Below, piece by piece: positions 38,458-48,333 of a stretch of DNA of 64,000 bases. The stretch is taken from contig JAEUQN010000011.1 in NCBI GenBank assembly GCA_016789725.1, forward strand, positions 1,102 to 65,101, in the 5' to 3' direction. The notes below the pieces were generated by a model that saw only the letters and a list, made by a program, of their open reading frames with translations, had not been told where the DNA came from and ran no database searches. Both the position numbers and the translations under genes were made by a program. Source of the stretch: Blastocatellia bacterium. Lineage in GTDB: Bacteria; Acidobacteriota; Blastocatellia; RBC074. Position 1 is the first letter of the stretch. Each line of letters starts with the position of its first letter.

Positions 38458-40179
38458 TTACTTCGCGTTACTTGCTACACGATACTGTGCCGCTTTTTCC
38501 TTGGCCGCGCGCATCTCTGGCAAATCTTCATCGGCCTTCGCCCAGGCCTGAACAAACTTCGCGTAAGTTTGTTTGGCGTCATCCTGTTTGCCCAAACCTT
38601 GTTGCGCTTGCAGGAGTCCGAAATAGGCGCGTCCGCTGCCGGGATCGCGTTCGAGCGCGGCGAGGAAAAACTCTTCGGCTTCTTTCCAGCGTTGGAGTTC
38701 CAGCGCCAGTTTTCCGGCGACTTCTTCCATCGGTTGCGGGTAAAGCGGCGGTTCGGAATAGCCAAGTTTGATTTCTTCTTCAATGGCTTCGCGTACGAGT
38801 TTGATCGCTTCATCGGCTTTGCCTTCGCGGGCGGCGAGGCGAGCTTTCAATTCGATGGGAGCGACACCGAGGGCACGTAATTGTTGGCGTTGACGTCCGA
38901 GTTGCGGCAGGTCTTTGGCTTTGGCGAGTTTGTCTTTCATCCACGCAATTTCGCGTTCGAGTGCATCCAGCGTGGTGCGTGTCGTGGCGATGTCACCTTT
39001 GCCAAGTTGCGCTAACGCGGTCGCGTAATGCCGCCAGGCTTTGAAGACTTCGTAATTGCCTTCGCCGGGCAATGACTGGCTGTCCAGAATTTCATTCCAT
39101 TTTTCAAAGCGTGTCAGGATGCGCAAGCGCGCGAGCCGGCCTTCAAATCCGGCGCGCGATTTGTCTTCGCCGGGTTGTTTGGCTACGTCGAGCAACTCCT
39201 GACTGACGCGGATGCCATCGCGGTAGCGGCCTTGATAGCCGTACACATTCGCCAAAAAATGCACGTTATGACCGTACGGTCCGGCGGCGTGATCGGTGGT
39301 TTCTTTGTTGTCGCGGATGTAGGCGCGATCCACTTCTGCCGAGCCTTCAAACGCTTTGGCGGCATCTTCCCAACGGTCTACGTGAACGTAAGTGTGGCCG
39401 GGCATGTGAACGGCGTGGCCGACCTTGGGTGCGAGCGAGCCATAGACATCGGCGGACGGAACACCGTCAATGGCGCGTTTGCCCGCTTCAGTCGCGTGAA
39501 TCATGTAGTGGTGCGCGGCCAAGTGATTGGGCGATTTGCTCAACACAACTTGCAAGAGCGCAATCGCTTCAATCGTGCCTGGGCGCGGCGTGCCATCGCG
39601 TTCGTAGCCGGACATAGACGCGAGCGCGAGAAACAATTTGGCTTCGAGATCATCGTTGTAAAACGAGACGAGTTTGCGCATCGCTTTTTGATAGCTATCA
39701 CTCGCGCCGAGGAAGCCGTTGTTTTGGACGGTACTCTTTTCGCCTGCGTAGCGTGCTTCGACGGCGGCGATGTACAACTGTTCGCGTTCGGTGACTTTTG
39801 GTGCTAATTCTTTGGCGCGTTTGATGGCGGCGTTGCGGCGCTCTTCGTTGACATCGCTCATTGCAATGCCCCACTGCGCCATCGCGCAATCAGGATCGAG
39901 CTGCGCTGCCCGCTCAAAGCTGCGATCCGCTTCGTAAAACCAGAACGAGTGCATCAGCGCCAAGCCTTGATTGAAGAACGCCTGTGCTTCCGTGGATTTC
40001 GTTGTGACGGTCATCTGCACTTTTCCGTAACCGTCCATCAACACCGCCGGTTTCGTTGCGGCTTTCGTGGCGTTTGGCAAGTGACAGATTTGTGTGTTGT
40101 CGGTGGGGGGCGTTTGGGTTTGCGCGAATGCGGTGGCGAAGCATAAACAAACAGCGGGCAAGAGAGCTATGCGTTTCAT
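38458..40179 (-). CDS. secreted TPR-repeat protein
   Basis: Signal peptide MKRIALLPAVCLCFATAFAQ and multiple TPR-like A/Y/L repeats. Confidence 0.75.
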   Translation of the reverse strand: MKRIALLPAVCLCFATAFAQTQTPPTDNTQICHLPNATKAATKPAVLMDGYGKVQMTVTTKSTEAQAFFNQGLALMHSFWFYEADRSFERAAQLDPDCAMAQWGIAMSDVNEERRNAAIKRAKELAPKVTEREQLYIAAVEARYAGEKSTVQNNGFLGASDSYQKAMRKLVSFYNDDLEAKLFLALASMSGYERDGTPRPGTIEAIALLQVVLSKSPNHLAAHHYMIHATEAGKRAIDGVPSADVYGSLAPKVGHAVHMPGHTYVHVDRWEDAAKAFEGSAEVDRAYIRDNKETTDHAAGPYGHNVHFLANVYGYQGRYRDGIRVSQELLDVAKQPGEDKSRAGFEGRLARLRILTRFEKWNEILDSQSLPGEGNYEVFKAWRHYATALAQLGKGDIATTRTTLDALEREIAWMKDKLAKAKDLPQLGRQRQQLRALGVAPIELKARLAAREGKADEAIKLVREAIEEEIKLGYSEPPLYPQPMEEVAGKLALELQRWKEAEEFFLAALERDPGSGRAYFGLLQAQQGLGKQDDAKQTYAKFVQAWAKADEDLPEMRAAKEKAAQYRVASNAK

Positions 40180-40459
40180 ATGATGACCTCAGTCAGAGTA
40201 GCGCAAACTTTTAATTTGCGTGGTTGGTTTCTGTACGCCTTGAATGAACGAGTGCGACTTCACTACGAACAAACGATTTGGAATTGAACGACGCAAACGA
40301 ACAACTTGCGCTGCCAATTGGCGAGAAATCTACACCTTGTCGGCGTGTGTGGCAATTCCTGAAATGCGGCGCTACACTGCGGCACGCTATCCGCCGAGCA
40401 CGATTCCAACAATTCTGAATACACGTATGAAAGCAACGCTGTCATTGTTTGCTGTCTTT

Positions 40460-40548
40460 TTTACCGCAGCGGCGCAGAGATTATGCAGAGATTCACAGAG
40501 GTTTTTTCTCTGTATCCCTTTGCGAGTTCTCCGCATCTCTGTGGTGAT
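40460..40548. repeat. REP/MITE-like element, degenerate copy D (opposite orientation to B and C)
   Basis: TTACCGCAGCGGCGCAGAGATTATGCAGAGATTCACAGAGGTTTTTTCTCTG...CTCCGCATCTCTGTGGTGATAA aligns with the reverse complement of copy B. Confidence 0.7.
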
Positions 40549-40795
40549 AACTCTTCTCTCGTTTTCCGCTTTACGTCGTGATGTTGGGTGGGGTCAGTAT
40601 GTTAATTGCCGCGTTGCTGGTGCTGCGATTGCAGGATATGAGCGATGTGATTGCCGCGCAGCAAGGCGTTACATTGGCGGCGGCGGCAGATTAAAGCACT
40701 GGCAATCGCGGCGCAAAAACGCTAAGCTTACGGCTTACTGGTTCCCGAAAGCCTCGTGGGAAAGGTTCTAGCCCCAATAAACATTCAATACATTT

Positions 40796-41374
40796 ATGGA
40801 GAAAAGAATCTTGCAATTAACCCTAGAGAAATTCGTTATTTCGGTGTTCGGCGTGGTTGTTTCGGTGTCACTGGTGTTTGGACAAGTCGCCGCGAGCAAA
40901 ACAGCTTCCACGACAGCGCCTGGTACTGCGACAAAACCAGCGCCCGCCAATCCGAATCTGGTTGTCCTTCAGGAAGCGGGGGTTCAGTACGAAATCCCGC
41001 AAGGATGGCGCACCCAATCGCATAAAGACGCACTGCAAATCACTTCGCCGGATGGTGGCGTTTCGATCATTATCGGCTTAGCTGTCAACGATAATACCGA
41101 AGCGATGATTGCGGGGCTGAAAGAATATTTGAAGAAGGATTACCAAAACTTCAAAGCGGGCAGCGACCTGCAAAAAGAAACGATCAATGAATTGCGCGCC
41201 GTCATTGAAAACGGTTCCGGCGAAACCAGTGAAGGTGTGATGGAATGGAACATCGTGATGCTGGTCGGGGGCAAGCGCCCGGTCATTGCCTTCACCGTCG
41301 CAGAACAAAAAGCTTTTCGTAATAGCCAGGGCGATTACATCAAACTGGTGCAGAGCATTAAGAAAGTGAATTAG
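40796..41374 (+). CDS. hypothetical secreted protein
   Basis: 192-aa ORF with a hydrophobic N-terminal segment FVISVFGVVVSVSLVFG. Confidence 0.55.
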   Translation: MEKRILQLTLEKFVISVFGVVVSVSLVFGQVAASKTASTTAPGTATKPAPANPNLVVLQEAGVQYEIPQGWRTQSHKDALQITSPDGGVSIIIGLAVNDNTEAMIAGLKEYLKKDYQNFKAGSDLQKETINELRAVIENGSGETSEGVMEWNIVMLVGGKRPVIAFTVAEQKAFRNSQGDYIKLVQSIKKVN

Positions 41375-41451
41375 TGAGCGGGGGCCGATAGTCGGCCACC
41401 AGTTGCAACCCCGCAATTATCATCTAATCCCCAATCAAAGGAGTCCAGAAC

Positions 41452-42396
41452 TTGAAACCACTAGCCCTGTTTTTCCTTCTCGCCGTTTTTACTGTCTCGA
41501 CCGCTGCACAAGACAAAGCATTTTTAGGTAAATGGGACATTATGGGCGATACGCCCAATCAGAATGTTGTCTATTGGCTTGAAGTCAATAAAGAAGCCGA
41601 TGGCAAGCTGAGCGGAAAATTCCTCAATCGCGGTGGCAGCGTGTTGCCGTTGCATTCCATCAAACTTGAAAATGACGAATTGGTGTTTGCTGTCAACAAC
41701 CGTCCCAATTCGCCCATTCATCGCGCCAAAGTCGTTGGCAAAGAATTGAAAGGCTCTGTTCAGGCCGGACAGAACACGATCAATTGGACCGGCGTACGTC
41801 CGCCGAAGTGGGGCAAATACAATGCGAACGGCAAACATAAATTTGGCGCGCCGGTCGTGTTGTTCGATGGCAAATCGCTGGACAACTTCACCGCGCAAAT
41901 GACTACGCGCCCCTTTGGCTGGAAGCTGGTAGATGGCGTGATGACGAATGATGTGCATGGTAACAATCTTGTCTCCAAGCAAAAATTCCAGAACTTCAAA
42001 ATCAACTGTGAATACAAGCTTGAACCGAAGCAACCTGGTGGCAATGCGGCGAACAGCGGCATCTATTTGCGCGGCAGATACGAGTTGCAAGTGCTGGACG
42101 ATGAAACGGCGAATTCAGATGGCCTGCACAATCACATGGCGCTTTACAGCCGGGTCGCGCCGAAAGTCAGCGCCAGCAAAAAAGCCGGTGAGTGGCAAGA
42201 GATGGAAGCCATCATTGTCGGTAATCGCCTGACGGTGAAGTTGAACGGACAACTCGTTCACGACAACATCGTGATTGATGGCATCACGGGCGGCGCATTG
42301 GATTCGCGCGAAGGCGAGCCGGGGCCGATTATGATTCAAGGCGATCACGAAAAAGTCTATTTTCGCAAAGTCATTGTGACGCCCATCGTGAAGTGA
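41452..42396 (+). CDS. DUF1080 (3-keto-disaccharide hydrolase-like) domain protein
   Basis: Signal peptide. C-terminal NSGIYLRGRYELQVLD...LNGQLVHD...GPIMIQGDHEKVYFRKV signature. Confidence 0.85.
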   Translation: MKPLALFFLLAVFTVSTAAQDKAFLGKWDIMGDTPNQNVVYWLEVNKEADGKLSGKFLNRGGSVLPLHSIKLENDELVFAVNNRPNSPIHRAKVVGKELKGSVQAGQNTINWTGVRPPKWGKYNANGKHKFGAPVVLFDGKSLDNFTAQMTTRPFGWKLVDGVMTNDVHGNNLVSKQKFQNFKINCEYKLEPKQPGGNAANSGIYLRGRYELQVLDDETANSDGLHNHMALYSRVAPKVSASKKAGEWQEMEAIIVGNRLTVKLNGQLVHDNIVIDGITGGALDSREGEPGPIMIQGDHEKVYFRKVIVTPIVK

Positions 42397-43322
42397 AAAG
42401 CAAAAGGCAAATAACAAAAGGCAAAAGGCAAAAGGTCGGCAGTTTATTTTCTCAGATTGAGAGAAAAGTAAATTCTGCTCTTATCACTTTTGCCTTTTGC
42501 TTTTTACCTTTTACCTTCGCGCACGCGCAGCAGGGCTTTGGCACCAGCACCCTACCCGATTCCAAAGTATGGTTTACGTTGCGCGATGGTTTGCTCGGCG
42601 AAGCGCATTACCCCAACCTCAAAACCAATAATCTGAGTTCACTCTATTTCGTCGTCACTGATGGCAAGAGCTTTGCTGTGTCGGAGCGCGATGCCGATGT
42701 GACGAAACAATTTGTGCCAACGAATCCGCGCGCGCTGAGCTTTCAGCAAATCACGTCTCACGCAAAACGTAAATTCACGCTCACGAAACGCTACTGCGCC
42801 TATCCCGATTACAGCACGGTTTTGATAGATGTTGAGTTGCGCGCGCCTGCGAATTACAAGCTCTACGTCGTATTTGATCCTGCATTGGCAAATACTGAAG
42901 CGAACGACACGGCGGCGGCGTTTGGTGGGCAAGGCGCATTCAGTGTGTACGAAGGTGATCTATGTGCGGCGCTGATTGCCGCCCAGGGATTTGCCGAAAT
43001 GAATGCTGATTTGGTTGGTACGAACGATGGGTTGCAAACGTTGATGCAGAAATTCAAACTCGCCAAAACAAGCCCACGTGCTGACAACGGCAATGTCATT
43101 TGCGTGGCACGGCTCAAGCGAGCAAAGAATTTTTTACTCGCGCTATCGTTCGCTGACACGCCAGAGAAAGCGTTGATTGAGGCGGAGCATTGTTTGGAGG
43201 CAGATTTTGCCGACACGCTGGCAGAATATGAGAAAGGCTGGAGCGATTGGTTGGCGCAAAAGGGAATTACGACCGACCCGCTCGCAGCAATGTTGCGTCA
43301 AGCGCGGGAAGAGAAACGGTGA
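42393..43322 (+). CDS. GH15 glucoamylase/glucodextranase N-terminal domain only (probably truncated gene)
   Basis: WFTLRDGLLGEAHYP...YFVVTDGKSF...QITSHAKRKFTLTKRY...YVVFDPAL pattern of the GH15 N-domain. Only 309 aa, no catalytic barrel. Ends 9 nt from the convergent mtnC stop. Confidence 0.6.
   Translation: MKSKRQITKGKRQKVGSLFSQIERKVNSALITFAFCFLPFTFAHAQQGFGTSTLPDSKVWFTLRDGLLGEAHYPNLKTNNLSSLYFVVTDGKSFAVSERDADVTKQFVPTNPRALSFQQITSHAKRKFTLTKRYCAYPDYSTVLIDVELRAPANYKLYVVFDPALANTEANDTAAAFGGQGAFSVYEGDLCAALIAAQGFAEMNADLVGTNDGLQTLMQKFKLAKTSPRADNGNVICVARLKRAKNFLLALSFADTPEKALIEAEHCLEADFADTLAEYEKGWSDWLAQKGITTDPLAAMLRQAREEKR
42396..42515. repeat. MITE-like element with GCAAAAG-heptamer arms (copy 2)
   Basis: Left arm AAAAGCAAAAGGCAAATAACAAAAGGCAAAAGGCAAAAGG, core TCGGCAGTTTATTTTCT, right arm CTTTTGCCTTTTGCTTTTTACCTTTTACC. 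Confidence 0.8.
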
Positions 43323-43331
43323 TGAGTTTTC

Positions 43332-44045
43332 TCAATGGAATTGCGTGAGTTGCGCAAACGCCTCTGCATAAGGCTGCGGCGGATTGCCAGTGCGCAGCGA
43401 TAAAAACGTTTGCATTCCGGCTTGCTGGGCGGCTTCCAACTCGGCTGTTACATCCGAAATAAACGCCACCTCGCGCGGTTCGCAATCTAGGGCGGCGGCA
43501 ATGTGACGATAACTTTCAGCCTCTCGTTTCGCGCCGATATTCGTATCAAACCACCCGCTGATAAATCCGCTCAAATCGCCTTGTTCGGTGTGCGTGAACA
43601 ATAATTTCTGTGCCAGCACGCTGCCCGAAGAAAAGATAGCGATGCGCTTGCCCTGCTCGCGCCAAGCTGCGAAGGCGGGCGACACATCAGCAAACATCTG
43701 GCTTTTCAACTCGCCGCTTGCATAACCTTCCTCCCACACCTTGCCTTGCAGCGATTTTAACGGCGTAGATTTGCGATCCTGCTCCATCAGCCAATGCAAG
43801 TATGCGATGACAGATTCGGGCTGTGACGAATCCAAAACAGGCGGCTGTAAGCCTTGCTGCATATCGGCGGTGTATTCGATTTGCAACAGGGCGACGTCGG
43901 CTTGTGCCTCGTCCCAATGCTGCATCAGATAGGATGGAAGGCGTTTGCGGGCGTAGGGGAACAGCACCTGATAGACAAAATCTATCGGCGTGGTGGTGCC
44001 TTCGATGTCAAGCAGGATGACTTGAATATGTGGGCCAAGTTGCAT
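43332..44045 (-). CDS. mtnC: enolase-phosphatase E1 (methionine salvage)
   Basis: HAD motif I LLDIEGTTT. ATG 44045 lies 2 nt after the mtnD stop. Confidence 0.85.
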   Translation of the reverse strand: MQLGPHIQVILLDIEGTTTPIDFVYQVLFPYARKRLPSYLMQHWDEAQADVALLQIEYTADMQQGLQPPVLDSSQPESVIAYLHWLMEQDRKSTPLKSLQGKVWEEGYASGELKSQMFADVSPAFAAWREQGKRIAIFSSGSVLAQKLLFTHTEQGDLSGFISGWFDTNIGAKREAESYRHIAAALDCEPREVAFISDVTAELEAAQQAGMQTFLSLRTGNPPQPYAEAFAQLTQFH

Positions 44046-44047
44046 CG

Positions 44048-44614
44048 TTATTGAGCGGAAAGGCTGGCGGGGAGATAAGCCGGGCTGAAGCACACAGGTT
44101 GATACCCCGCATCCACGCCGCTTTCGGTGTAGCGCGGAACCCAACCCGCCGGATCAGCAAACAGGCGTATCGCTCGGATGCGCAAGTCTTCGCATAAATT
44201 GAACCAATGCAAAGTGCCACTTGGCACGCGGATCAAATCTCCGGCGGTGACTTCAATGGACGTGACGACACCGTTGCTTGGATGAATGTGGAAGATGCCG
44301 CGTCCTTCAATAATGAACCGCACTTCGTCATCGTCGTGCCAATGTTCGGATTTGAATTTCGCCAGCATTGCGTCCAGCCCCGGTGTGTTCGGTGTTACGT
44401 CAATCACGTCTGCCGTGACGTAGCCATCCAGTTCTTTCAGTTTGTTGATGTCGGCGGCGTAGGCGGCGAGAACTTCTTCAGCGGACGCATCGGATGCAAG
44501 TGGATGCGAAGGCTGCCATTGCTCGTAGTCAATATCAATGCTCGCCAGATAATCCGTGATTTCCGCCGCGTCAGTGATGGTGCGATTTTCGTCAGGAATC
44601 GTTACGATTGCCAT
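44048..44614 (-). CDS. mtnD: acireductone dioxygenase (ARD)
   Basis: Cupin with [15 protein letters not shown] and GTLHWF motifs. Confidence 0.88.
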   Translation of the reverse strand: MAIVTIPDENRTITDAAEITDYLASIDIDYEQWQPSHPLASDASAEEVLAAYAADINKLKELDGYVTADVIDVTPNTPGLDAMLAKFKSEHWHDDDEVRFIIEGRGIFHIHPSNGVVTSIEVTAGDLIRVPSGTLHWFNLCEDLRIRAIRLFADPAGWVPRYTESGVDAGYQPVCFSPAYLPASLSAQ

Positions 44615-44621
44615 AGGTTTT

Positions 44622-45281
44622 TTACCTCGCTACTCCTGCTTCGGGGACCGTGCCGATAGTTCGTCCCGTCACCTCCAGCAGGAATTCAAAAATCTCAATG
44701 TGGCGTTTAGCCTCTTGTACATCTTTGCCCCAAGTATACAGCCCGTGTCCGCGTAGCAAAAAGCCGTGTGCGTCGGGAAATCGTTGCAACGTTGCTTCGA
44801 CCCTGTGGGCAAGCTGGTCCATCTGTTGCGAATTTTCAATGATCGGCAGCCATTCCGTATGATCGTGGGTTTTGACACCCGCTAAACCTTTCAGCATTTC
44901 ATAGCCTGAAAGCGCGATGCCTTCGGCCTGGGCAAAGACGGTTTGGGAAAGCAGGGTTGACCAAATGGAATGCGTGTGCAGCACGGCCCCAGCCCCGCGC
45001 AATTTGACGGCGATCAGGTGAAGTTTTGTTTCGTCGGATGGTTTGCCGTGGCCTGCGGTGACTTTGCCATCGGCATCAATTTGCAGGATTTGCTCAGAGG
45101 TCAGATTACCCTTGTCCATGCCGCTGGCGGTGATCGCCAATTGTAAGGGAGCGTGGCTCAGCACGGCGCTGAAATTACCGCTTGTACCCAGCACCCACCC
45201 TCGTTGATAAAAGTTCCTGCCGATGTCCGCCAACATTACGGCAGTCTCAGTCAATCTGGAGTTTTTTTCTGCGTGGATCAT
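44622..45281 (-). CDS. mtnB: methylthioribulose-1-phosphate dehydratase (class II aldolase fold)
   Basis: GTSGNFS, LHTHS and GHGLYTWG motifs. Confidence 0.88.
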   Translation of the reverse strand: MIHAEKNSRLTETAVMLADIGRNFYQRGWVLGTSGNFSAVLSHAPLQLAITASGMDKGNLTSEQILQIDADGKVTAGHGKPSDETKLHLIAVKLRGAGAVLHTHSIWSTLLSQTVFAQAEGIALSGYEMLKGLAGVKTHDHTEWLPIIENSQQMDQLAHRVEATLQRFPDAHGFLLRGHGLYTWGKDVQEAKRHIEIFEFLLEVTGRTIGTVPEAGVAR

Positions 45282-45522
45282 GCTTCAATTTGCCTTCAGA
45301 AATAGAGGGGAATTTGCGCTGACAAAGCCATTGCTCTACGCCAAACAGTTGGGTGACTTCCGGTTTTTCTGAAGTCATCATAGAGCTTGCCTCAAGGAAT
45401 GTGTTGTCTTGGACGTGACGAATTTACCATACCTCTCTCGGAGCCAGAAGAGGGTTGAAAAAATCCCTCGTGTCTGAAAGAGGAAACCAACCGCGAGAGC
45501 ACCGATGAAGACCGTCAAGAGT

Positions 45523-45568
45523 AAATAGAAAACACCCGGCGGTGATATGTCGCTATCACCACCGGGTG
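45523..45568 (-). terminator. rho-independent terminator of the 778-aa gene
   Basis: The minus strand reads CACCCGGTGGTGATA-GCGACA-TATCACCGCCGGGTG followed by TTTTCTATTT. Confidence 0.8.
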
Positions 45569-45601
45569 AGCTTTCTTCAGTTTGTTGATTAGGACGCAGG
45601 T

Positions 45602-47938
45602 CTATTTGACCGTGACTTCAAATTGGTTGCTTTCGACTGCGGTGCCTACACTGGTTGCTTTGACCTTCACTTTAACGGTTCCTGCCGTGAAATCCGTCGG
45701 CAAAAGCACATTGATTTGATCCAGACCGGGAAACTGATTCTGGCTGCCAGCGTAGACCGGGACGAGCGAGGTGGTGGTCTCTCCTCTTGTGACATCAAGC
45801 GTCACAGATGTTAGGTCAGCAAAGCGGAACCCGGTACCGAAGAGTAGTAAATAGCTTTCTTTCTTATCCGCACTGATTTCGCAGGGAGGCGCAGGATAGG
45901 TGTTGCTTGTAGTGTTGCCATCCGCATCTTTGAGTACAAGCTGACAGGCGATAGCGCCTGCGCCCTTACCATCCTGTGTCGTGGTAAAAATGCCGGGTTG
46001 CGCGTCCAGCACTTTGACCTTTCCCTTGGATACCACGCCTTTATTGTTGATCGTAAACTCAACGCCATCCCCTGCTAATAGACCATTTGGGACGACGAAA
46101 TTAATTTGCGATGGCGAGACATAGATGAGCCTGGCGGCGATGCCTGCTATTGTGACTCCGACACCATTCAGTTCAAAATCCAGATTGGTGTCCGTTGAAA
46201 TTGCCGGAGCATCTGCCAGTTTGGTTCCGAAAATTGAGCCGAGTGAACCGCGCCCGATAGGATTTGTTTCGGGCTTGGTGGGATCAGGTGAAGCAAAGCT
46301 GGCTGCATTGACCATTGCCGGGATCACTTCATTCGTTTGAGTGATAGGACGGATCAGCGCCCGATAGATTTCAAATGAAGTGTCCGGGTTTGAGCCGAGC
46401 ATATCAATATCGTTATTAAAGAACAGATCGGTTCCCGCTGCATTAGAGTTGACTTGCAGAATGGCTTCACGTTGATCCAATACGCGTGGGGATAGAGGCG
46501 TATAAGTGATCTGCCGAAACTTGGCTGCCGCAATATCATAACGAAAGACCTCGCGGCTGCCATCTGCATTGTCCGTCAAAATTGCACTCGTCCCACCCGA
46601 AGCAACCGGCACAATGTTGAGGATAGAGCCAATAAATACATATTGCCCATTTGGACTGAGAGCAGGTGTGAAATCGTAATCAATCTTGTCTATGTCTGTT
46701 TGGGTTGGAGTCGCCGGCAGGGGGGAATTGCTTGTGATTTGCGTGAATTTGCTGGTTGTGCGGTTATACAGAAACACTTCACGCGTTTTGTCTGAATTTT
46801 TGCCTGACTCCAAATCACCCGCAGATTCAAACACCAACAAGTTTCCATCACGGCTCAGATGTTTAGTGTTCGGATTCAGAATATTCACGGGGCGATCCGG
46901 GACCAGCGTTCCAATTTGGCTGATGCTTGCCGGAAATCCTGCGAATCCAGAGGTGGCGGTGATTTGAGTGAGGGCTTTGGTCGCCACCTCATAGAGGAAG
47001 ATCTCACCATTAAAGTCTTTGTTATTGATGGATGCGGTTGGAGCGTGATCGAAGCCCGCAATAAAAACCATCACGTTGCCGTTGGCGCTGAGTTGCGGAT
47101 TGCTGTTGAATCCTTTGAAGACAAACCCGTCCATCGCATCCACCTGGTTTTTGGTAGTCACTTGGGTGAATTGACCGGTTGAGGTGCTGTAGAGAACGAT
47201 TTGCCCCAAGCCATCGGGATTGTTGATACCTGGCAGTTCTTTTCGTGTGGTAACAAAGCCCAACAACGTGCCATTGAAGTTAATGGTTGGCGTATAGTTA
47301 TCAAATACTTCAATACGTCCGCTGGCCGCAGTGGAAGCTGTCGTCGTGGTGATTCGCTGGAAGAACGGGGTTGTACTATTTAGTGGCAAGGTTGCCAAAT
47401 AAATTTCCTGATTGCCATCGTCATTTCTTCCGGCCTCGCCGGAAATCAACGTCCCGCTGTTAGAGGAGAAAACAATCTTTGTCCCATCACCACTAATGGC
47501 CGCATTATTGTTGGAAACAGAGATCAAAATTCTACGCTGAGCGAAAGGCAAGTCCTTATCCGCCGGGTCATAGATATGTTCGGTCTTAGTGATTTGAATG
47601 ACTGAGCGTTTGTCTATCTCATAGACAAATACCTCAAGATTGAGGTCGGGGTTGCTGCCTGTCAGGTTGGCAGCCGATTCAAAAATCACCCGCTTGCCAT
47701 CATCGCTAACTCCGCGCACAGGGCTGGCGGGAGTGTCCTGAATATCGGTGATTTGGAAGAGGGAAACTTCATCATTCGTTTGCACAAATTGTGCCTGTGA
47801 TGAAAAGCTGAAAAAACAAAAGACTGCCGGGACAATCAAGAAACGGACAAAAGCTTTCACTTGGGTCTGGCTCCTCTGAATAGTAATTATGGCGTGACGT
47901 AACCAATCGGGGTTGCGATGCAATCCAGGTTGTTTCAA
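45602..47938 (-). CDS. secreted beta-propeller (PD40/TolB-like repeats) protein with TIGR03437 Solibacter-type C-terminal domain
   Basis: Repeated S.DG..(V/I)F.S units. C-terminal NAASF...GSLGSIFG..L...LNGVGVTIAGIAARLIYVSPSQINFVVP...PGIF pattern. Confidence 0.8.
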   Translation of the reverse strand: MKQPGLHRNPDWLRHAIITIQRSQTQVKAFVRFLIVPAVFCFFSFSSQAQFVQTNDEVSLFQITDIQDTPASPVRGVSDDGKRVIFESAANLTGSNPDLNLEVFVYEIDKRSVIQITKTEHIYDPADKDLPFAQRRILISVSNNNAAISGDGTKIVFSSNSGTLISGEAGRNDDGNQEIYLATLPLNSTTPFFQRITTTTASTAASGRIEVFDNYTPTINFNGTLLGFVTTRKELPGINNPDGLGQIVLYSTSTGQFTQVTTKNQVDAMDGFVFKGFNSNPQLSANGNVMVFIAGFDHAPTASINNKDFNGEIFLYEVATKALTQITATSGFAGFPASISQIGTLVPDRPVNILNPNTKHLSRDGNLLVFESAGDLESGKNSDKTREVFLYNRTTSKFTQITSNSPLPATPTQTDIDKIDYDFTPALSPNGQYVFIGSILNIVPVASGGTSAILTDNADGSREVFRYDIAAAKFRQITYTPLSPRVLDQREAILQVNSNAAGTDLFFNNDIDMLGSNPDTSFEIYRALIRPITQTNEVIPAMVNAASFASPDPTKPETNPIGRGSLGSIFGTKLADAPAISTDTNLDFELNGVGVTIAGIAARLIYVSPSQINFVVPNGLLAGDGVEFTINNKGVVSKGKVKVLDAQPGIFTTTQDGKGAGAIACQLVLKDADGNTTSNTYPAPPCEISADKKESYLLLFGTGFRFADLTSVTLDVTRGETTTSLVPVYAGSQNQFPGLDQINVLLPTDFTAGTVKVKVKATSVGTAVESNQFEVTVK

Positions 47939-47993
47939 TCAAAGGGCGCGATTATAGCTGAGAGACCATCTGCTTGTCGAACTGGGAAGGATG

Positions 47994-48030
47994 AGAAAAA
48001 AATAAGGGACGCCGAAGTTCGACATCCCTT
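47994..48030 (-). terminator. rho-independent terminator of the 87-aa gene
   Basis: The minus strand reads AAGGGA-15 nt-TCCCTT followed by ATTTTTTTCTC. Confidence 0.6.
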
Positions 48031-48069
48031 TTCCAACATAACAGGAGGCTATTTCCTCACCCAAAACTT

Positions 48070-48333
48070 TTAGGCTGCCTTGGGGCTAACATATTGATCG
48101 TAATGGCGGACTTCCCATTCACGGAAGGAGTCCTTCTTTACTTCCGGGAATTTGGTTTCCATTTCAGCAACGTCTATCGCTTCTAAGTAAACCCGATCCA
48201 TGCTTTCCGTCGGGCAGCCATTCTTGGCGCAAGCTTTCAGATGGCGTTTGACGATCTGAATGACCTTGGCGCGCTTTTCTGCCGATAGGTTGTTCACTTT
48301 TCTCAAAGTATCGTTGGTAATCGTTAGTTGCAT
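48070..48333 (-). CDS. hypothetical protein (87 aa)
   Basis: Clean ORF with its own terminator; no family recognised. Confidence 0.5.
   Translation of the reverse strand: MQLTITNDTLRKVNNLSAEKRAKVIQIVKRHLKACAKNGCPTESMDRVYLEAIDVAEMETKFPEVKKDSFREWEVRHYDQYVSPKAA

Noticed and set aside
40244-40771. 175-aa ORF in the TPR / hypothetical-gene spacer
   Set aside because: It reads straight through REP copy D, has Arg/Cys-rich low-complexity translation and has no RBS. It is most likely non-coding apart from the possible tiny ORFs noted in the findings.
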